Origin: the human T2T-CHM13v2.0 reference genome, Homo sapiens
Strand: one strand, 5' to 3'
DNA: 64,000 nucleotides
Assembly: GCF_009914755.1 (NCBI RefSeq)
Contig: NC_060939.1
The stretch's first letter is position 1; each line of letters begins with the position of its first letter. Below, piece by piece: positions 26,901-39,352 of the stretch. A model generated the notes under the pieces. The model was not told the origin of the DNA and made no database searches. It worked only from the letters and a program-made list of their open reading frames with translations. Position numbers and translations under genes: made by a program.

Positions 26901-28834
26901 CAACTAATCTAATTGATCCAGTTGATCTTCCCTGAGAGGATCCAGCCAGGAGGACAGAAATTCTTATCTCCACATGGCAAGTGGGGAAAATGAGGCTTGG
27001 CCAGAGGTTGCGTGGTTTGCTGTGTTTGCATGGCCAGGCCAGCGGGATATGGATGGGCCATGGGCCTCTGGCTGCCAAGGCCTGGCCTTCCCACCACACC
27101 TGCCCTTCCCCATGAGCGCCTTACCTGCCGGTGCTAAGGAGCCTGGCTTTGATTTGGACTGCCTCCGTCAGCAGGAGGCTCTGGCCAGACTCTGCTTCCC
27201 CGTGGGGAACTAAGCCTGCTCCTCCCGGCTGGTCTTTGTGGGCCCTGGCCCCCTTCTCTTCTGGGTGTTCCCTCAGGGCGTTCAGGGGCTTCATGGTCAG
27301 GAGGCTGGGAGATGCTGATTGCAGAGCCCGCCTGGCATTGGCACCACCCCATCTGCCTACTGGCATTGCTGCTTCTCACCTGAAGCTAATTCCCAGGTAG
27401 TTTTTAAGACTAGGTTAGCCTTCCTCGGACACTGACTCCACGGTTTCCCCCTTAGTCATACCTACCTAGGATAATTGGAAAATGAGGAGTGTAAATTTGA
27501 TAGAGGTTGAACGAAACACCTGCCTTAGAATGCAGGGCCAATGCAAATGACTTGGGGATCACTGGACATCAGGGATTGTCTGTGGTGGTTACTTATGCTC
27601 TGGCCACCATTTCGTCAGGACTGACAGCAGCCATCTGTCCCTCGTAGGAACCCTTAATCCTTCCCATTCTCACCCCTGCAGAGATGGCCTAAAGTCTTCC
27701 CTGAGAGCCCTTTGCACCCCACTTCTCTTTCTCCGGCATGAGGCAGTGGCTGGGGGCGCACACAGCCACCCCCACGCCCTAACTTGCCCCATTGTAGCCA
27801 GACCACTCCTTCCAATCATGAGCCTCCCTGGGCTCCATAAATCATCCTAAGAGCACATTCCTTGGGGGATTTGTAAAATAATCAAAATATTTGGGGAAAA
27901 GACCTTAAGATTACTTATGGCTATTAGTGGGATCCATATATTTTGGCACCAAGCATGGCTTAATTGAAAAAATATGTGTGCTTGGTGATTTCTTCCCATT
28001 TTTTTTTTTTTTTAAATAAGGAGTAGCCCCAGAGAGAAGAGTGGTTAGGCAAAAAAATAGGGAGGAATTAAATATCAGAAGAGTTTGTGTGGAGGAGCTG
28101 TTTACAGAATTGTGGAAAATATAATGCTAAATGGAAAGTAAGCCGTGCCTGTATAGTCCGGGATTATTAATAGAGCCTAGTTACCACGCACATAATGAAC
28201 CTTTTAAGAGACCTGGGACAACTTTCCCCTTTGCAAAACAAGTTTCCTTCAAATAGCACCATTCACGCAGCTAAGGGCATTGGGTTACAACAATAAATAA
28301 AAATGAACAGTGCCCTGAGAAATTCAAGGAATGCACAAACGTTTCAGTGATTTAGTATGAGAAAACACTATTTAAACATTTAATTGAATTGCATACTTTC
28401 ATCTTTAAAACGTTAGCGTTTGAACTGCCACCTGAATCTCCCTCTCTTCACTTCATTAGATTGCAAGGCCCTTTCAGGGGAGGGAGTTCCTACTCTCCTG
28501 CCCTTCCCCAGGCTTTTCCCCTTCCCTGCTGTTCCCTAACTTGCTTTTGCCCAAGACTATCAGGAAAAGGAGACTCGACGGGAGTTTCCTTTTAAAGCTA
28601 TAGGGAGAGACTTGGATGAGATGTGCTCTTCCAAATATTTTATTTGCCAGGACTTGATATGAGCTGTAGATTCCTGGATCAATCACCACCCCTGGGGACT
28701 CAGTTTCTCCTCAGTTAAATCAGGAATTCAGATTAGAGAACTTTGTCATAATACACATGCCCGGTGCCCAGTCTAATTCAATTGGTTCCCCAGGTGCTTC
28801 TGTTGTGCCTTCTTGGTTCAAAATTACCAGAGTG

Positions 28835-29422
28835 GGCTGGGTGTGGTGGTTCATGCCTGTAATCTCAGCACTTTGGGGAGACTGAGATGGGCAGATTGCT
28901 TGAGCACAGGAGTTCAAGACTAGCCTGGGCAACATGGCAAAACCCCGTCTCTACAAAAAATACAAAAACTGGCCAGGTGCAGTGGCTCAGGCCTGTAATC
29001 CTAGCACTTTTGGAGACCAAGGCAGGCGGATCATGAGGTCAGGAGTTTGAGACCAGCCTGGCCAACATGGTGAAACTCTGTCTCTACTAAAAATACAAAA
29101 ATTAGCCAGGCATGGTGGTGGGTGCCTGTAATCCTAGCTACTTGGGAGGGTAAGGCAAGAGAATCGATTGAACCTTGCTGGCAGAGGTTGCAGTGAGCTG
29201 AGATCACGCCATTGCACTCCAGCCTGGACAACAAGAGCAAAACTCCATCTCAAAAGAAACAAACAAACAAAAATTAGGCAGGCGTCGTGGCATGCACCTA
29301 CCCAGGAGGCTGAGATGGGAGCAAAGTTGAGCCCGGAAGGTTGGAGGCTGCAGTGAGACATGATAGCTCCACTGTACTCCAGCCTGGGTAACAGAGATCC
29401 TACCTCAAAAAAACAAAAAAAT
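28835..29422 (+). mobile_element. AluJ (left arm 28835-28970, right arm about 29273-29422) split by a nested AluS
   Basis: The J-like left arm ends in the linker aaaaaatacaaaaact; the right arm resumes at aaattaggcaggcgtcgtgg...gaggctgcagtgag. Confidence 0.85.
28971..29272 (+). mobile_element. AluS (Sg/Sq-like) nested in the linker of the AluJ
   Basis: Complete dimer ggccaggtgcagtggctc...aactccatctc with an (AAAC)n tail. Confidence 0.9.
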
Positions 29423-30351
29423 TTAATGGAGTGGAAGCTCCAGAGGGCCCTTGCAGGTCTAGGAAACTAGGGGGCAGAGACACAGCGATCATTGGGCACT
29501 TCCTGTGTCCAGTGAGCTCAATGCATGGTGGAAGGTGCCTGGTTGAATCCTCCTGGGTCCAGGGACTCTGTGATTCTAATCTCGGCTGATACCTACCCAA
29601 GGAGGACTGACCCCAGGTGGCACCCCCTTTTGTGTGCCAGAATCGAGTCTTTGGGCATGGACAGTTGTTCAGAGTTGCTGGGACAGTGGAGCCTGCTGCA
29701 GATTGGATTTGGCTCTGAAGAGAGAAAGGGAAAATCATGTGTCCTCAGCACGTTTTCCAGCCCTGGCGAGGTTTTGTCCTTCCAGATTAATGTGTACACA
29801 TGGGAAGCACACACAGCCCTCACACACGTGTTCTTTCCTCAGAGATTAACCAGTGGCCCTGTATCGATTGCCAGCTTACCTTGTGGGCTGCTGTGGGGGA
29901 CGCAGGGGGCCTTCTTTGCAACCCTGCCCTGGAATGGTTTGAAGTCTCTTTTTACAGATAGATAGCAGAGCAATGTGACCTTGGGCCAGTCACCACTGAG
30001 TAAGACAGAGACATCAAATCTAGACACCTAAGAAAACCCCCTTGGTACCAAACCCCTCTTTCTTTGTGGGTATCTTCATAAACTGTTGCATATCTTAGCT
30101 CCGAGTTAGACTGGGGGTGCCTTGAGGACAAGGACAAGTGTCCTTCTGTATGCTCAGAAGATTGGGACATTCCATGTGGCCAGTGAATGCTCATTGAATG
30201 ACTCATCCGAATTTCATTTTGCTCCATTTAAGGGAACATCCTCTGAGCCCAGCCCTGTACCTGGTGTGGGGTACAAAGCAGACCCAAGCCTTGTTCTCAC
30301 AGTGCTTCCCATCTTTTGAGGGACTTGGACTTGGCTATGGTATGATTTATT

Positions 30352-30780
30352 TGGTGCCAAGGGGCAGTTTTCCCAGGAGCAGACCTCGCACCAAAAATTC
30401 AAGTGCCCGGTTTATTGAGGCGGGGGGGTTGACCAGGAAACAGCAGTTAGGAGAGTGCTGGGAAGGGAAGAGAAGGGGCCAGTGTAGGTGGCATTATCAA
30501 GCCAGCTACTTCTGTGGGCAGTCGGAGCCGAATCCCGCTGGGAACTTAGGGAAGCAATACAGAACTCACCCCTGCTATCCTCCTTATGGGGTGAGGGAGC
30601 TGGGATATTAATCCCCCACTCCTGGTGCATCTGTTCCTGGCACTTCCCAGCACTCAGGCAGAACAAGCCCCTAGCAGGCAGGGCGAGTCCTAGGACAAAA
30701 GCAGGTGTTGGCATTTGCATGGAATTGGGGGCTGAGGGGATGTGAGCAGAGCGCCGGCAGAGGTGTTTGCTGGGCCTCCA
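30352..30780 (-). mobile_element. ERVL LTR16C-like solo LTR (approximate bounds)
   Basis: ttcccaggagcagacct...attcaagtgc...tttattgagg...attatcaagccagctact...gagggagctgggatatt. Confidence 0.5.
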
Positions 30781-32296
30781 CGTGCTAGGCCATGAGTAAC
30801 CCAGAGACACCCCCACCCCCTGCACTGGTCTCCTAGAGCAGTAGTTTGTTCTAAGGAAAGGAGAGCCCAGCAAGCCCCTGCCTTTTGGAGAACAAATACT
30901 GAGAACGCCCCGTGCCTGAGATTCTCTGAGTAAAAGCACTTTGCAAAATGTTGAGCCTTATTCTGCAGGAAGTCAGAGGGTGGTGGTGGTGGTGATCATC
31001 TTTGCTCTGCAGAGAGGGCTCAGACCTGCAGGCTTTACCTCCTACTCCAGAATCCGAAGGTGGGGCCAGTCCCAGCTCGGCCTCTTGGTAGCCCGTGGCT
31101 CTGGTGAAGCTGCTGAACCTACTCGCCCACCAATTGTGAGCCTTGAATGGTAGTCCATGAACAGTGCCTAGTGCTTAGTGCATAGTGGATGTTCAGGACT
31201 ATTCATTCCCACTCCCTTCCCTTCCAGGCTGATAGTGCATGCCCTCCCATGGACCTCCCATCAGGCTGTGAGGTGGCACGCTGGGTGGGTCTATTGCTGC
31301 CTCTTCCACAATGGGAAACTGAGGCCCACAGGAACTAAGACCCAAAGCCCTGGCCTCCTGAGCCCCTAGTCTACACTGCTTTCCTGACGTGGCAGGCCTG
31401 TGTCAAGGTCAATGCAAAGTGTGAAGCCAGTGGTGGGGAGGAGGTGACTGGCCATGCTCTGGCTGTGGCCCTCACCCCGTCTTCAGTGGGTCATTGTGCC
31501 AGATGTTTGACTCACCAGAGCTTGGATGTCTGAGTTGTCCATTCTACCCCCCACACCTGCATGGTGCCAGGCACAGAGCAGGATGTCAGAGCTGGAGGGA
31601 CTTTGGCGATCAGCCAGACCAAACCTTTGTTTTGTTGAGAAGAGGAAACAGTCTCAGAGACACCAGTGACTTCTCCGAGTCACACGGTGACTTAGTGACA
31701 GCCAGAATTGGAGTCGGGCCTTGGAGGGCCAGCCTGCCTTTCCTCCTACTCCTTCCGTAGGAAGCTGCTATGTAAGGTATGTTTTATTATAGTTGCTTAT
31801 AAACATAATAAAAACCCCTTCATTTAATGGCACCTTTTTTTTTTTTTTTTTTCAGGCAGTTAATAATCCAGCTTTTCAGTTGCTCCTCAGGGAAACCATT
31901 GAGGGAGGTGGAATGAGAATTGCCCACTTTCAAGCTGAAGTCATTGAGGCCTAGGAAGCTTTTCTGGGTCTCAGGATTCCCAGGACTCTGGGACTCTCAT
32001 AGGTCAGGACGGCTGAGGCCAGTGCTGGCAGCTTTGCCTCTGTGGGGGGCCCTCCCCACTTTCTGACAGACCACAGATACAGGAGGAGATCCTCAGGGGA
32101 GAGCCCCGGGCTCATGCTCAGAAGATTCAGGTTCAAGGCCAGGTCTTGTGTTGGCTCTCTGTGTAACTTTGGGGGGTGTTTTGAGTTCTTCCACTAGGAT
32201 AGATGGTCTTGTGTCACTCTACCAGCTCTTGCCTCTGTTTTCAAAATGCTCACAGTTGAATGGAAGCAGACTCACAATTTAAAAATACATACATAG

Positions 32297-32610
32297 GGCT
32301 GGGTGCAGTGGCTTGTACCTTTAATCCCAGCACTTTGGGAGGCTGAGGCAGGAGGATTACTGAGGCTGGGAGTTCGAGACCAGACTGGGCAACATAGCGA
32401 GGCCCTGTCTCTACAAAAAAAAAATAATAATTAAAAATTAGCTGGGCGTGGTGGCACATGCCTGTAGTCCCAGCTACTTAGGAGGCTGAGGTGGGAGGAT
32501 TGCTTGAGCCCAGGAGTTCGAGGCTACAGTGAGCTATGACTGCATCATTCGCTCCAGCCTGGGCAGCAGAGTGAGTCCCCATCTCTTTAAAAAAATAATA
32601 ATAAAAAAAT
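32297..32610 (+). mobile_element. AluJ (Jo/Jr-like)
   Basis: gggaggattgcttgagcccaggagttcgaggctacagtgagctatga; A-rich tail. Confidence 0.93.
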
Positions 32611-35600
32611 ACAGAAAGCTTTTATAAAAATCTGAATATTTTGCTGTGGGAACTCAGCAGAATTGCCTAGGTAAGTGTGGGAAGGCTTCGCTGAGGAGGT
32701 GATGTTTGGCACAGGAGACAGCAAGGGGCATCCATGGAGAAGGTACAGGGGGACAAGGGTAACATTTGCTAAAGGCATACATGTGCTGCATGCTTTCAGT
32801 GTGCTGTCTTACTGAATTCTCATGACATACAGCTCTTGGAAGGTTGTTTCATTATTGCCATTTTGCAGGTGAAGTTGAAGGGCCCCAGAGAGGGGAGGAG
32901 GCTTGTTTGGGGTCTTGCAGCCCAGGTTTTAAAGTCCCTTGTCTTCCTTCCTCTTCTCCACAGCCTCCCATGCATTTCCCACAAAGGTCCCTGAGGCCTG
33001 ATGAGACCCTCCCAGTACTTTTAGGATCTGGGATGTGGGAAAGGTGATGGGTCCTGTAAGAGGGTGTGCCCAGGGAGGGGTGGGGACATCCCAGTGCCCA
33101 TCCCAGCCTGCCCTCCTGTCACCCCAGTCGCAGGGATCTGGGCAGATGTGGGTCCTTGTGCGTTGGGCCATCTCCAAGGAGCCCCAGTGGCACCTCCTTG
33201 TTCCTGTAACGCTCAGCACTGCTGCTCTAGGCACCATCTGTTCTGTTCCCTCCTGCCTCGGCTCCCTTGGGTGGCCTTTTGTAAGGGTCTTATTTCTGGG
33301 CCTGAGTCCATTCCATAGATGGAGAAACCAAGGCTTTGAGAAGGGAAGCGACTTACTCAAAGTCGTACGTACCATACTAGGAACTAAGCAGAACTAGGAG
33401 TGAGCCTTGTGGCTCCTCTAGCCTTCTGCCATGGTAGGAGGGCCAACGGGATCTAATACTTGCTCCCCACCTTGCGCACCTCAGGCCTCCCTTCCTCAAA
33501 GATCCTCATTGAACTTGAAGAGGAAATTTACATTTTTTTTTCTTCCTCTTCTTGCCGGACTTCATCACTCTTTTGGAGATTTAGGTCTGAGGGAAACAGC
33601 CCCAGACAGGGAGCCAGGACTCCTCGGTCCTGGCTCAGGGGTGCCCCAGCTGGATGACTCGGGTTTCATTTCCTTGCCAGCTTCCTGGCATTGCCTGCCC
33701 TCGGAGGCCCCAAGGGGCAGTGTGCAGGGTGCCTGGGAGCTCAAGTTCAGATGTCACCTCTACAGGAGTGACATGTAGGTGGGTGGTCATGGGCTCATCT
33801 GCCCTGCTTTGTAAAAGTAAAAATCCCATCTCAGGATTGAGTTAAGAATATACATAGTAAGTGCTCCATGAATGGGTGCTATGGCTGCCTGGTCTTCAAA
33901 AACAGGGGCATATTTCTCATTCCTCCGGTCTCTCCACCTGACTCTGTTGTATTCTCTGGACTCCTTCAACCTCTGCCACTCTCAGTAAGTGGGCCAACCT
34001 CTTGCTTGTGCTCTCAAATTAAAGCCAGGGGTCAAGCTGAAACTTATCCTTGCAGAAAGGTCAGACCTTTGCCTGGCTCTGGGTGTCACTGCCTGGGGAA
34101 TGGGCAGGCTCTTCCTGTGCTGCAGAAGACTGGACCGAGCTTTGCGGTATTCAGGGGTTCATACTTGCATCTTCTAAACAGCCTCCTCCGACCACCTTCC
34201 ACTTGCACGTGGACATACACTGTTCACCCAGGTCCCTTGTGTGAATTACAGCCAGTGGTACCGGGCAGGAGCTCAGTGAATGCGTGTGCCCATTTTATTT
34301 TCTGTCCCTCAGCATTGATACTATGCGGTGGATAGGATTCATTTATTCTCATTTTCATACCATTTAGTGATTTCTCTGAGTGCCTTCTATGCTGGGCTTT
34401 GTAGGGTTATGCAGAATGAATGCCTACTAGCTGTTCAGCACAGAGTTGGGCATTTTACGTAGAGTGTCTCCCAGAATCCTTATAACCATCCTGAGGATGG
34501 GATATGATTAATTATAATCCCCATTTTACAGATGGATTCACTGCAGCTCAGAGGAAAGTTACCCCAACAGGGTGGGAGCTAAAAGTCCATTTAAGGCAAC
34601 AGTGAAAAGGACAGAATGAGGCTTTGTGGCTCCTAGCAGAGGTAGCAGAGGGGTGCTAGGTAAGGGGAGGCTGTGTGGGCTGGGGGTGCTAATGTGTCTC
34701 AGCTCACCAAGCAGATAAGATTCCAGTAGGGGCTGAGGGATAGGCTGCTTTATTCTTATCTGTAATCCCCTCCTCTACTGCTTATTTGCTGTGTGACCTT
34801 AGGCAAACACCTTACCTTCTCTGGGCCTGTAAATTACTGCACACTCTCATACGGTCCATATTTGTTTTTTTTCTAGAAACTAGCAGCAGATCAGTTGTGT
34901 GCAGAAAAAAAGCTGTTTATTGGTTCCAGTGCTGTCTTTACCCTTCAAAGCCTTCCTAAGGGTATGGGGGTGATGGGGAGGAGTCATGGCCCACTACGAA
35001 GGGCCACTGCCGTGTTGAAGAATCACCACCAGTTTGAGGATCCAGCAGAAATTTCTGTTTGTTCACAGGACGGTGCCAGGCAGGTTCTCATGGACTCACA
35101 GGCCCAGCCAGCGTGGTAGGCTGGCTTTACATTGATCTTTTTTAGATGTGGGGGTTAACAGTAAGATTCTTTATGGGAAGAGAGAAGTGAGTGTGTGCAC
35201 CATTGCCAAATAAGAAAACAGATTTTTTAACAGCCAAGTAGATGATTCCTTCTGCTCAAGTTTCTTTTATGAGAGGCACATTCCAGGTATTGAACCATCC
35301 TTGAATGACACCACAGGGACTGATGGAGGGAACCCTGGATTTTAGCTATGAAGGGAGAGGTTGCGGTGCTCAGGGTCAGGATCTTCAGTGTTGAAGGCTG
35401 TGTCTGCAATTGCTTACGGGTTCATGAAATCGCCACTGCAGCTATCTGCTTACCTGGGCTCCAGGTGGAAGAGCCCCTAGCTTGTCCCAGGAGTTTCAGG
35501 TTCTCTGGGTTTTACAAAGGGCTTTCCTGTCCTCCTCTCCACTGCTCTGCTGGTACTCCAGGGTCTGGGCAGTGGCTGCTGTTGTCACCTTATTCCAGGG

Positions 35601-36774
35601 CTGAGGACCTGAGGCTCAGGGAGCGAGGAGCCTGCCCGAGGTGAGCAGCAGGGTCATCCCAGCAAGTGAAGGGGCAATCTCCTCTTCTCTGGGCTGAGCT
35701 GGGTTTGGCCCCCACCACTGTATGGGGCTTCATGCCGGGGGAACCCACAGTGGGGTTAAACAGAAAGGCCTCCTGGAGGAAGGAAAAGATTCCCAGAGTT
35801 CTATGCTTCAAGCCATTTTGGTTAAAAAAAAAAAAAACTAATTAGAGGTGACAATGGTGACTTTGTCTGTGTGTTCACTTTTTCCTCCTTCTTCCCCACA
35901 CCTCCCCCTTCTCCCTGTCCCTCATTTGTTGTATCCATGGGAAAACTAGGTAACATTATAATTACTGAAAATATTGTGGGTACGTGGAAGCTAGGAGTGG
36001 GGGGTGCCTGGGAGTGCAGGAGGCCCTTTAAAAAAATTTTTTTTTTTTAGGTTTTATTTTATTTTTTTCCTTTCGTTTGGAAACGGAGCCCTTTGCAGTC
36101 ATGCTGTCACAGTTAAAATAAGGTTTAAATTACAGGCCAGCCCGTGGCTTTTCCCCTTTCTTTCAGAATTTTTGCCAACTTGCAATTTACTTAATGAAAT
36201 CCTGCTATTCCGTTTAACAGGGATATTTTTTGCAGATGTTGATTTAACTTAGCTTTGCAAAATATGTGAACTGTACCGTTTCTTTTCCTATTTTTAACGG
36301 TTTCAGGATTCTAGTTCAGCAGCTCCACTGGCGCTGCCATGCCAACAGTGGTGTTTACTCCCATCCCTTGAAAATATTTGTTTTCCATCGTTCTGTCTGC
36401 CCTCCCCTCCATCCCACATACCCACAAAGGGGAGGGTCCCATACACATGGCAGAATCTGCCAGTGGAGATTGGACTGGTGGGGCCAGAAGGGACACCAGA
36501 GTTTCCGATAGTCCATCCTCTTAGGTTTGAGGAAACCAAAGCCCAGGGCTTAACTTGCCTAAAATCACAAAGTGAATTCGGGCAGAGTGGTTTGCAGCAT
36601 GAGCTGTGTCCTCTGGACAGAGGTGAGGGTGGAGGATGGGAGGGAGATGCTCCCCTTGTGTCTGTTTTGGCTGTTTCTTCTCCCTGGGAAGATTCCTTCC
36701 TCCTCCCCTACAGGGAGCTTTGGGCCCGATACTCATATGTTGGGAGGGAAGTTCTGCCTCATGTCTACCTGAGA

Positions 36775-36965
36775 CGGTTGTGGTGTAGTGGAAAAAACCC
36801 TGACTGGGAGTCCTTAGACTTTGGGTTAGCGATGGGGGGCTTCTGCTGCTGACTAGCTCTGGTGTCCTGAGGACATGGCTTAATCTCCCTGAGCCTCAGT
36901 TTCCCCATCTGTAGTGTACGTGATAGTCCTCGTCTCCCGTTCATGCCATAAGGATCTAATAGAGC
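36775..36965 (+). mobile_element. MIR SINE
   Basis: tgtggtgtagtggaaa...ttaatctccctgagcctcagtttccccatctgta. Confidence 0.75.
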
Positions 36966-38245
36966 GGGCCGGTGTGAGACACGCAAAACACAGCAGACGT
37001 CCAGGGAACAAAACTTCCTCACCAACTGCCAACTCCAATACGCAGGGTACGGGAGGAGGCGTGGTGTGCAGCCCCGACGTCTCCCTCTGAAGGAGTGAAC
37101 CTGGTGTCTAGGGGGTGTCAGACATAGCAAGAAATGCCGCTTTCCTTTCAGCTTGGGGATCCCCTCCAGCCACCCTTTCCTTAAGGAGGAGTCCCCCAGA
37201 ATGACAGAGGTTCATGTGGACTCAGGAGACAGCGGACACATTATTTAGCCCAGGGGAGTGAGCAGAGGCCCAGAGATGGTGTGGGGCTGGCTGGAGGCAG
37301 AGCTGAACCCAGGCTCACTCCTGAGGGGTGTCCAGCAGGACCCTCAGGCTGGGTCTCCCAGGCCGGGGGCTGGTCTGCCTTGATGCCGGCCCCTTCTGGC
37401 CCTTGTCCCACAGTCTCTTGGAGGTCCTGCTTAGCTCTGACACTCTGGGGAGGGATGAAGAGAATTCTGAAGGTGGGGCCCCCTGGCAGAGGCATGAGGG
37501 CAGTAGTTCAGTGCCTGGAGGGGGTCTGGCCAGGGCTGCCCTGAGCGCCGCATTCTGCTCACACAGCCTGGATGCCAGAATGTCCACCGAGCCGCGAAGG
37601 AAGTGCTGGCAGGACAACAGAGTGGCATGGAATGCGCTGGGCATCCTGGGCACCGGGGTAGGCTCTGCAGACGTGGTGGTGGTGGCCTGACTAGGGGCAG
37701 TAGGGACAGCTCTCAGGCACGTGTGCCTACCTCAGACAGCACTTTCCCGTGGCCACCAGCAGAGCCCAGAGGGGCCAGCTTCTTGTTAGTCTGATGGAGT
37801 GGGCGTGGGACCCTCCTTCAAGCGAATTCCACATTTACTCCATGGATAGAAAGTTGTTGTCATTGTGTGTCTGCGGGTGGACGCAGTGGCAGGAAAGTGT
37901 GACTGGAACTTTTGCTGACCTGAGAATTAACCACAGAGATCCCTGTATATTCACAACTCTTGGTTCTTGAAAACTCTTTTTTATTATTAATATGAAGTAA
38001 TACATGATTAAGCAAGAAATATAGTGACATTCTCTCTATATAGAATTTAAACACTGCTAAAGCAGAATCCTCTCTTTCTTCCCCATCCCACTCTTCTCTT
38101 GAGAGGGAATTCCAAAGCTTGGCAGGATGGAAACAACAACAAAACATGATAAATTTCAAAAAACAGAACAGCATGGCAGGTCCAAATACTCATAACAGTA
38201 AATACGAATGTGTTAAAATAATCTATTAAAAGATAAACACTCTCA

Positions 38246-38590
<345 letters not shown>

Positions 38591-38747
38591 CTAATCTAGA
38601 AGAGACACACCTTAACAAAATTATGGAGAAAGGTTGAATCTAAAGGGAATGGGAAAAGACATAGAAGTCAATGCTAAAGAAAAAGAAAGCAAGAGGAGCA
38701 ATATTAATATGAAGTAATAAAATTTCAGGCAAAAAAGCAGGAACCAA

Positions 38748-38953
38748 GAGGTTCAGAGCAAACTTTTTCTGTAAAATGGATAGTAAACACTTTAGGCTTT
38801 GCAGGGCACACAGTCTCTGTTGCAACAATTCAACTCTGCCACTGTAGCCCGAGGACATCTATAGATAATACATAAAACAATGAGTAAGCCTACGTTCCAA
38901 CAAAACTCGGTAAAAACAGCTGGCAGGCCAAATTTCTCTTTTGCTGATTCCTT
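38748..38953. mobile_element. MER58A hAT-Charlie MITE
   Basis: gcaaactttttctgtaaa..gatagtaaacactttaggctttgcaggg...gtctctgttgcaac..ttcaactctgccactgtagc...gttccaacaaaact. Confidence 0.85.
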
Positions 38954-39186
38954 ATTTATATCAAAGCCAAAATGATCTGTAAGGTATAATAATCAATAAT
39001 CTTTGTACACCTGACAACATGTCTTTGAAATACCTAAATCAAAAATGGACAGAAATAAGAGAATTTGATAAATCCCCAGAAAAGTGGGGCTTTATAATCA
39101 TGCTTTCAGAAGTGCACAGACCTACTGGACAGAGAGGAAGAGAGAGAGAGAGAGAGAGAAATATTCATGAACAACACAGCAAACTT

Positions 39187-39352
39187 TTTTTGTTTCAACA
39201 GCTTTTGGGGTACAAGTAGCTTTTGGTTACATGGATGAATTCTATAGCGATGAATTCTGAGATTTTAGTACACCTGTCACCTGAGCAGTGTACACTGTAC
39301 CCAGTATGTATGGGCACTTAGGTCAGTTCCATATCTTTGTGACTATGGATTG
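39187..39352 (-). mobile_element. Very short L1PB-like 3' end with an internal deletion
   Basis: tttcaacagcttttggggtacaagt...ttggttacatggatgaatt...gtacactgtaccca joined to tgggcacttaggt..ttccatatctttg; TSD caacacagcaaactt / cagcacagtaaactt. Confidence 0.8.

Noticed and set aside
32660-32880. AG|GT recursive-splice candidates (cctag|gtaagt near 32670; ttttgcag|gtgaag near 32868)
   Set aside because: The first lacks a pyrimidine tract; the second has a weak donor and lies in MIR-like sequence.
34712-34762. 9-bp inverted repeat made of two GATA sites
   Set aside because: Too short for a structure and flanked by MIR-like sequence; plausibly chance.
39140-39159. Short microsatellites ((GA)n here; (GT)n near 1128; (CA)n near 15591; (TA)n near 61657)
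   Set aside because: Ordinary short simple repeats.
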